A stretch of DNA of 64,000 bases, from positions 543,877-607,876 of the forward strand of contig NW_005434666.1 in NCBI RefSeq assembly GCF_000315625.1. The letters run 5' to 3'. Positions 63,401 to 64,000 of the stretch are shown piece after piece. Each line of letters starts with the position of its first letter. Position 1 is the first letter of the stretch. A program made the position numbers and the translations under genes. This DNA is from Guillardia theta CCMP2712 (lineage: Eukaryota > Protista > Cryptophyta). The notes beneath the pieces were generated by a model, which saw nothing but the letters and a program-made list of their open reading frames with translations, did not search any database and was not told where the DNA came from.

Positions 63401-64000
63401 AGACAACATCCTGTGGGGTGTGGAGGACGACGACGACGACGAGGAGGAGGAGGAGCACGACGAGGACGAAGGTCACAGTGTGAAGGGCATCATCGACTTG
63501 CACCTGGAGCAGATCATGGACGAGACCATCTCCTTGTACGCGCAGCAGACATGCACCAGGTTGTCAGACAGGATGAAGAAGAGCAGCATGCCAGAGAGGC
63601 CGCACACGCAGCGGTACACGAGCAACATGCTGGAATCGGGGAAGATGGAGCCGCGAGTCTCGACGGTTCCTCGAGGATGGTTGAACGCGAGGAGGACGAG
63701 GAATCTGAAACGAGTCACCATCAACGACTGGACGGCGGACGAGAAGAACAAGGAGGCTACCGTTACAGCTCTGCAACGATTCTCAGCGGTGGAGCATCAC
63801 CCAGGGCATCAACCTCTGAGCATGTCCAACTTCAGCTCAGAGCTCAGGAGCAGGCTGCAGAGGCTGAGCAAGAACGACGTATGGAAGTCCATGTACAAGG
63901 AAACTTTCAGCAGGCGGGGAGGTGCAGGGGCTGCTACCCCAGCGAGTACGTGGAAGGGCGTGTATGCCATGAGCTTGCAACACGTGCAGGAGAGAATGCA
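57464..64000 (+). CDS. Four-domain voltage-gated cation channel alpha subunit (Cav/Nav/NALCN superfamily), 3' end beyond window
   Basis: S4 segments FLRMLRFLKPLGR, ESFRAFRIAKLVR, FKTIRIIRVIRPL and FLRLLRVLRLFRLVRR; four pore loops; EF-hand WSEFDENGIGRI. An apparent ~5.2-kb exon from 58806 is missing from the ORF track, consistent with having no stop in the window. Confidence 0.92.

Noticed and set aside
58806-64000. Apparent gene desert in the ORF track
   Set aside because: Manual translation shows channel domains II-IV in a frame that appears to run off the window.

Overview
Gene-dense eukaryotic nuclear DNA with many short GT-AG (some GC-AG) introns. The small introns, PDZ/coiled-coil genes, signal peptide+(A)xAF plastid leaders and a signal peptide+RLRGG leader suggest a cryptophyte such as Guillardia theta; this is inference, not confirmed. 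I reconstruct about 24 genes by hand splicing: a polyQ protein, SmB, a prokaryote-type GT-A glycosyltransferase, a 3xWW protein, an esterase, two PDZ proteins, a histidine phosphatase, a large EF-hand protein, prolyl oligopeptidase, a collagen-like type II membrane protein, a 2xCNB-alpha-kinase, a GH141-like beta-helix protein, DUF2256, an intronless tandem ParA-ParA ATPase, an EEP hydrolase, a VOC/methylmalonyl-CoA-epimerase-like protein, NDUFA6, DUF1152, a four-domain voltage-gated cation channel that runs off the window, and several hypotheticals. Strongest candidates for novelty: (1) an intronless fused ParA-ParA ATPase with NLS-like ends; (2) an alpha-kinase carrying two cyclic-nucleotide-binding domains; (3) a Cav/Nav-like channel with a K-E-D-D filter; (4) a signal peptide+ubiquitin-tail (RLRGG) leader on a WW protein; (5) two recurrent promoter-associated sequence classes (GGGGTA/TACCC tracts and CCGGGCCCGG islands). 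No tRNA, rRNA, CRISPR array or transposase was recognised. Exon boundaries were read by eye and are approximate.
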